Part shown: positions 61,630 to 64,000 of the stretch, one piece after another
How positions within the stretch are numbered: the first letter of the stretch is position 1
Layout of the letters: each line of letters starts with the position of its first letter
From: Malacoraja senta
Taxonomy: Eukaryota
Length of the DNA: 64,000 nt
NCBI GenBank assembly: GCA_038087875.1
Contig: CM075987.1
Span: 17,176,001 to 17,240,000 of the forward strand
Reading direction: 5' to 3'
Position numbers and translations under genes: made by a program
The notes under the pieces: model-generated
What the model saw: only the letters and a program-made list of their open reading frames with translations
Database searches by the model: none
What the model was told of the DNA's origin: nothing

Positions 61630-63135
61630 TGCCCCTTATTCTTAAACTGTGACCCCTGGTTCTGGACGGCCCCAGCATCGGGAACATTTTTCCTGCATCT
61701 AGCCTGTCCAATCCTCTATGAATTTTATATGTTTCTATGAGATTCCCTTTCATCCTTCTAAATTCCAGTGAATACAAGCCTAGTCGACCCATTCTTTCAT
61801 CATACGTCAGTCCCGCCATCACGGGAATTAACCTGGTGAACCTATGCTGCACTCCCTCAATAGCAAGAATGTCCTTCCTCAAATTAGGAGACCAAAATTG
61901 CACACAATACTCCAGGTGCAGTCTCACCAGGGCCCTGTACAACTGCAGTAGGACCTCCTTGCTCCTAAACTCAAATCCTCTCGCAATGAAGGCCAACATG
62001 CCATTAGCTTTCTTCACTGCCTGCTGTACCTGCATGCTTATTTTCAGTGACTGATGAACAAGGACCCCCAGATCTCATTGCACCTCCCCTTTTCCTAATC
62101 TGACATCATTCAGATAATAATCAGCCTTCCTGTCCTTGCCACCAAAGTGGATAACCTCACATTTATCCACATTTTCTGCATCTGCCATGCATCTACCCAC
62201 TCACCCAACCTATCCAAGTCACCCTGCAGCCTCATAGCATCCTCATCGCAGCTCACACTGCCACCCAGCTTTGTGTCATCTGCAAACATGGAGATGTTAC
62301 ATTTAATTCCCTCGTTTAAATTGTTAATATATATTGTAAATAACTCAGGTCCCAGCACCGAGCCTTGCGGTACCCCACTAGTCACTGCCTGCCATTCTGA
62401 AAAGGACCCGTTAATCCCTACTCTTTGCTTCCTGTCTGCCAGTTCTCTATCCATGTCAATACCCTGCCCCCAATACCATGTGCTCTAATTTTGTACACTA
62501 ATCTCTTGTGTGGGACTTGTCAAAGGCTTTTTGAAAGTCCAGATACACCACATCCACTGACTCTCCCTTATCCATTCTACTTGTTACATCCTCAAAAAAT
62601 TCCAGAAGATCAGTCAAGCATGATTTCCCCTTCATAAATCCATGCTGACTTTGACCGATCCTGTCACTGCTTTCCAAATGCGCTGCTATAAAATCTTTAA
62701 CAATCAACTCAAGCATCTTCCCCACTACCGATGTAAGGCTAACTGGTCTGTAATTCCCCATTTTCTCTCTCTCTCTCTCTCTCTCCTTTCTTAAAAAGTG
62801 GAGTTACATTGGCTACCCTCCAGTCCACAGGAACTGATCCAGAGTCGAGAGAACATTGGAAAATGATGACCAATGCATCCACGATTTCCAGGGCAGCCTC
62901 CTTGAGTACTCTGGGATGCAGACCATCAGGCCCTGAGGATTTATCTGCCTTCAGTCCCAACAGTTTACCTAACACCATTTCCTGACTAATGTGGATTCCC
63001 TTCAGTTCCTCCCTCCCACTAGATCCTCGGTCCCCTAGTATTTCTGGGAGATTGTTTGTGTCTTCCTTAGTGATGGCAGAACCAAAGTACTTGTTTAACT
63101 GTTCTACCATTTCCTTGTTTCCCCATTATAAATTC
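61630..63135 (-). mobile_element. CR1 LINE (pre-RT, RT, C-terminus); its 3' end lies at 59966-60082
   Basis: ORFs 61619-62035, 62110-62454, 62498-62761 and 62739-63110. Confidence 0.92.
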
Positions 63136-63899
63136 ACCTGTCTCTGTTATAACGGAACAAATGTCCCTGTCACAGTAAACATACTGTACAAGAAAAAATG
63201 TCTCAATGATATTTAATTGAGCTCTTAGCTCCAAAGGGAAGACTTCTTAATATATATATATGGATCTATTGATGAATAAATGTGCAGATTTCTGGAAAGT
63301 TGGTGTTGTAGTTGTTAGTGAGACCTTAGACTGCTGGCTGCTGTTGATGAGTTGGGAAGATGGGCAGAGCAATGGTAGGTGGAATGTAACTGACAACTGG
63401 AAGCTGCTGCCTTACAAGGACAGGGAAAACAATGAAGAGAGTGTAGTCGCCCCTGCCTATGTCTGGCCCACATCCCTCTCAACCTTTTCCGTCCACATAC
63501 ATGCCCAAATGTCTTTGAATTGTTATAGCATCCGCCTCAACTACCTCCTCTGGCAGTTCGTACCTGCGTGTGTAAAGGAGCTTGAAGAAGGGAAATATGT
63601 TGACACAAGGAAATTGTAGATTGGTTACTCCACACTAACTAATGTAGTGCTTTAGTATGAGAAGCTGCGCCTACTACACTGTCATATTATCCTAACCCTG
63701 CGTGTGCTGTTAGTCAGCTTGCGGCTACACAGCTGAAGCAACATGTGTACTGGAAGTGTCTTTTAATAAATTCTGTTGTACCATGTTTGTGAGAATGACT
63801 GGACATCGAAGAACATCAAAGAGGAGGATGACTGAACTTTGGGCTTTCCCTCACAGTGGTTGATTCTGCTGTGCAGGGGATGTTTATCAAAATGATAAC

Positions 63900-64000
63900 A
63901 GGCAGCCTTGGAAGCCTTACCCCACTACTCAAACCTCACGTCAAAAACCTTGGCGTGATATTTGACTCAGCACTGAAATTTGACAAGTCAATGCCGTGGT
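63900..64000 (+). mobile_element. L2 ORF2 fragment
   Basis: Encodes ...VKNLGVIFDSALKFDK. Confidence 0.65.

Noticed and set aside
63615..63815. Possible solo LTR (TG...CA with internal AATAAA)
   Set aside because: No target-site duplication or second copy identified; evidence is too weak.

Overview
Vertebrate genomic DNA, very probably a cartilaginous fish (skate/ray-like). The call rests on dense CR1 LINEs, HE1/V-SINE-like SINEs, L2 and Penelope fragments. It is a GC-rich, minisatellite-rich region with two 200-N scaffold gaps (4560-4759, 35656-35855). Three spliced genes are recognisable by comparison with recalled human proteins: the last four coding exons of DCTN1 (p150Glued; + strand, 5886-13651); an apparently complete PCED1A-like SGNH/PC-esterase gene (- strand, CDS 28557 to 14671, promoter near 34500/43090); and the last five coding exons of FBXO41 (- strand, 59858 to 48685). 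An ~8.3 kb block (27399-35655) is repeated right after the second gap (35856-44240), most likely a false haplotypic duplication. DCTN1 and PCED1A exons carry several 1-nt indels at short base runs, probably long-read consensus errors. The most unusual items are a perfect 77 x 14-bp array with inverted-repeat flanks in the last DCTN1 intron, hammerhead-ribozyme-like Penelope pLTR fragments (one a fold-back just after the FBXO41 stop), probable sense/antisense overlap of the DCTN1 and PCED1A 3' ends, and a repeat-built Trp/Gly/His/Cys C-terminal tail on PCED1A. I found no convincing wholly new biological system. Most long ORFs in the track are repeat or LINE artefacts.
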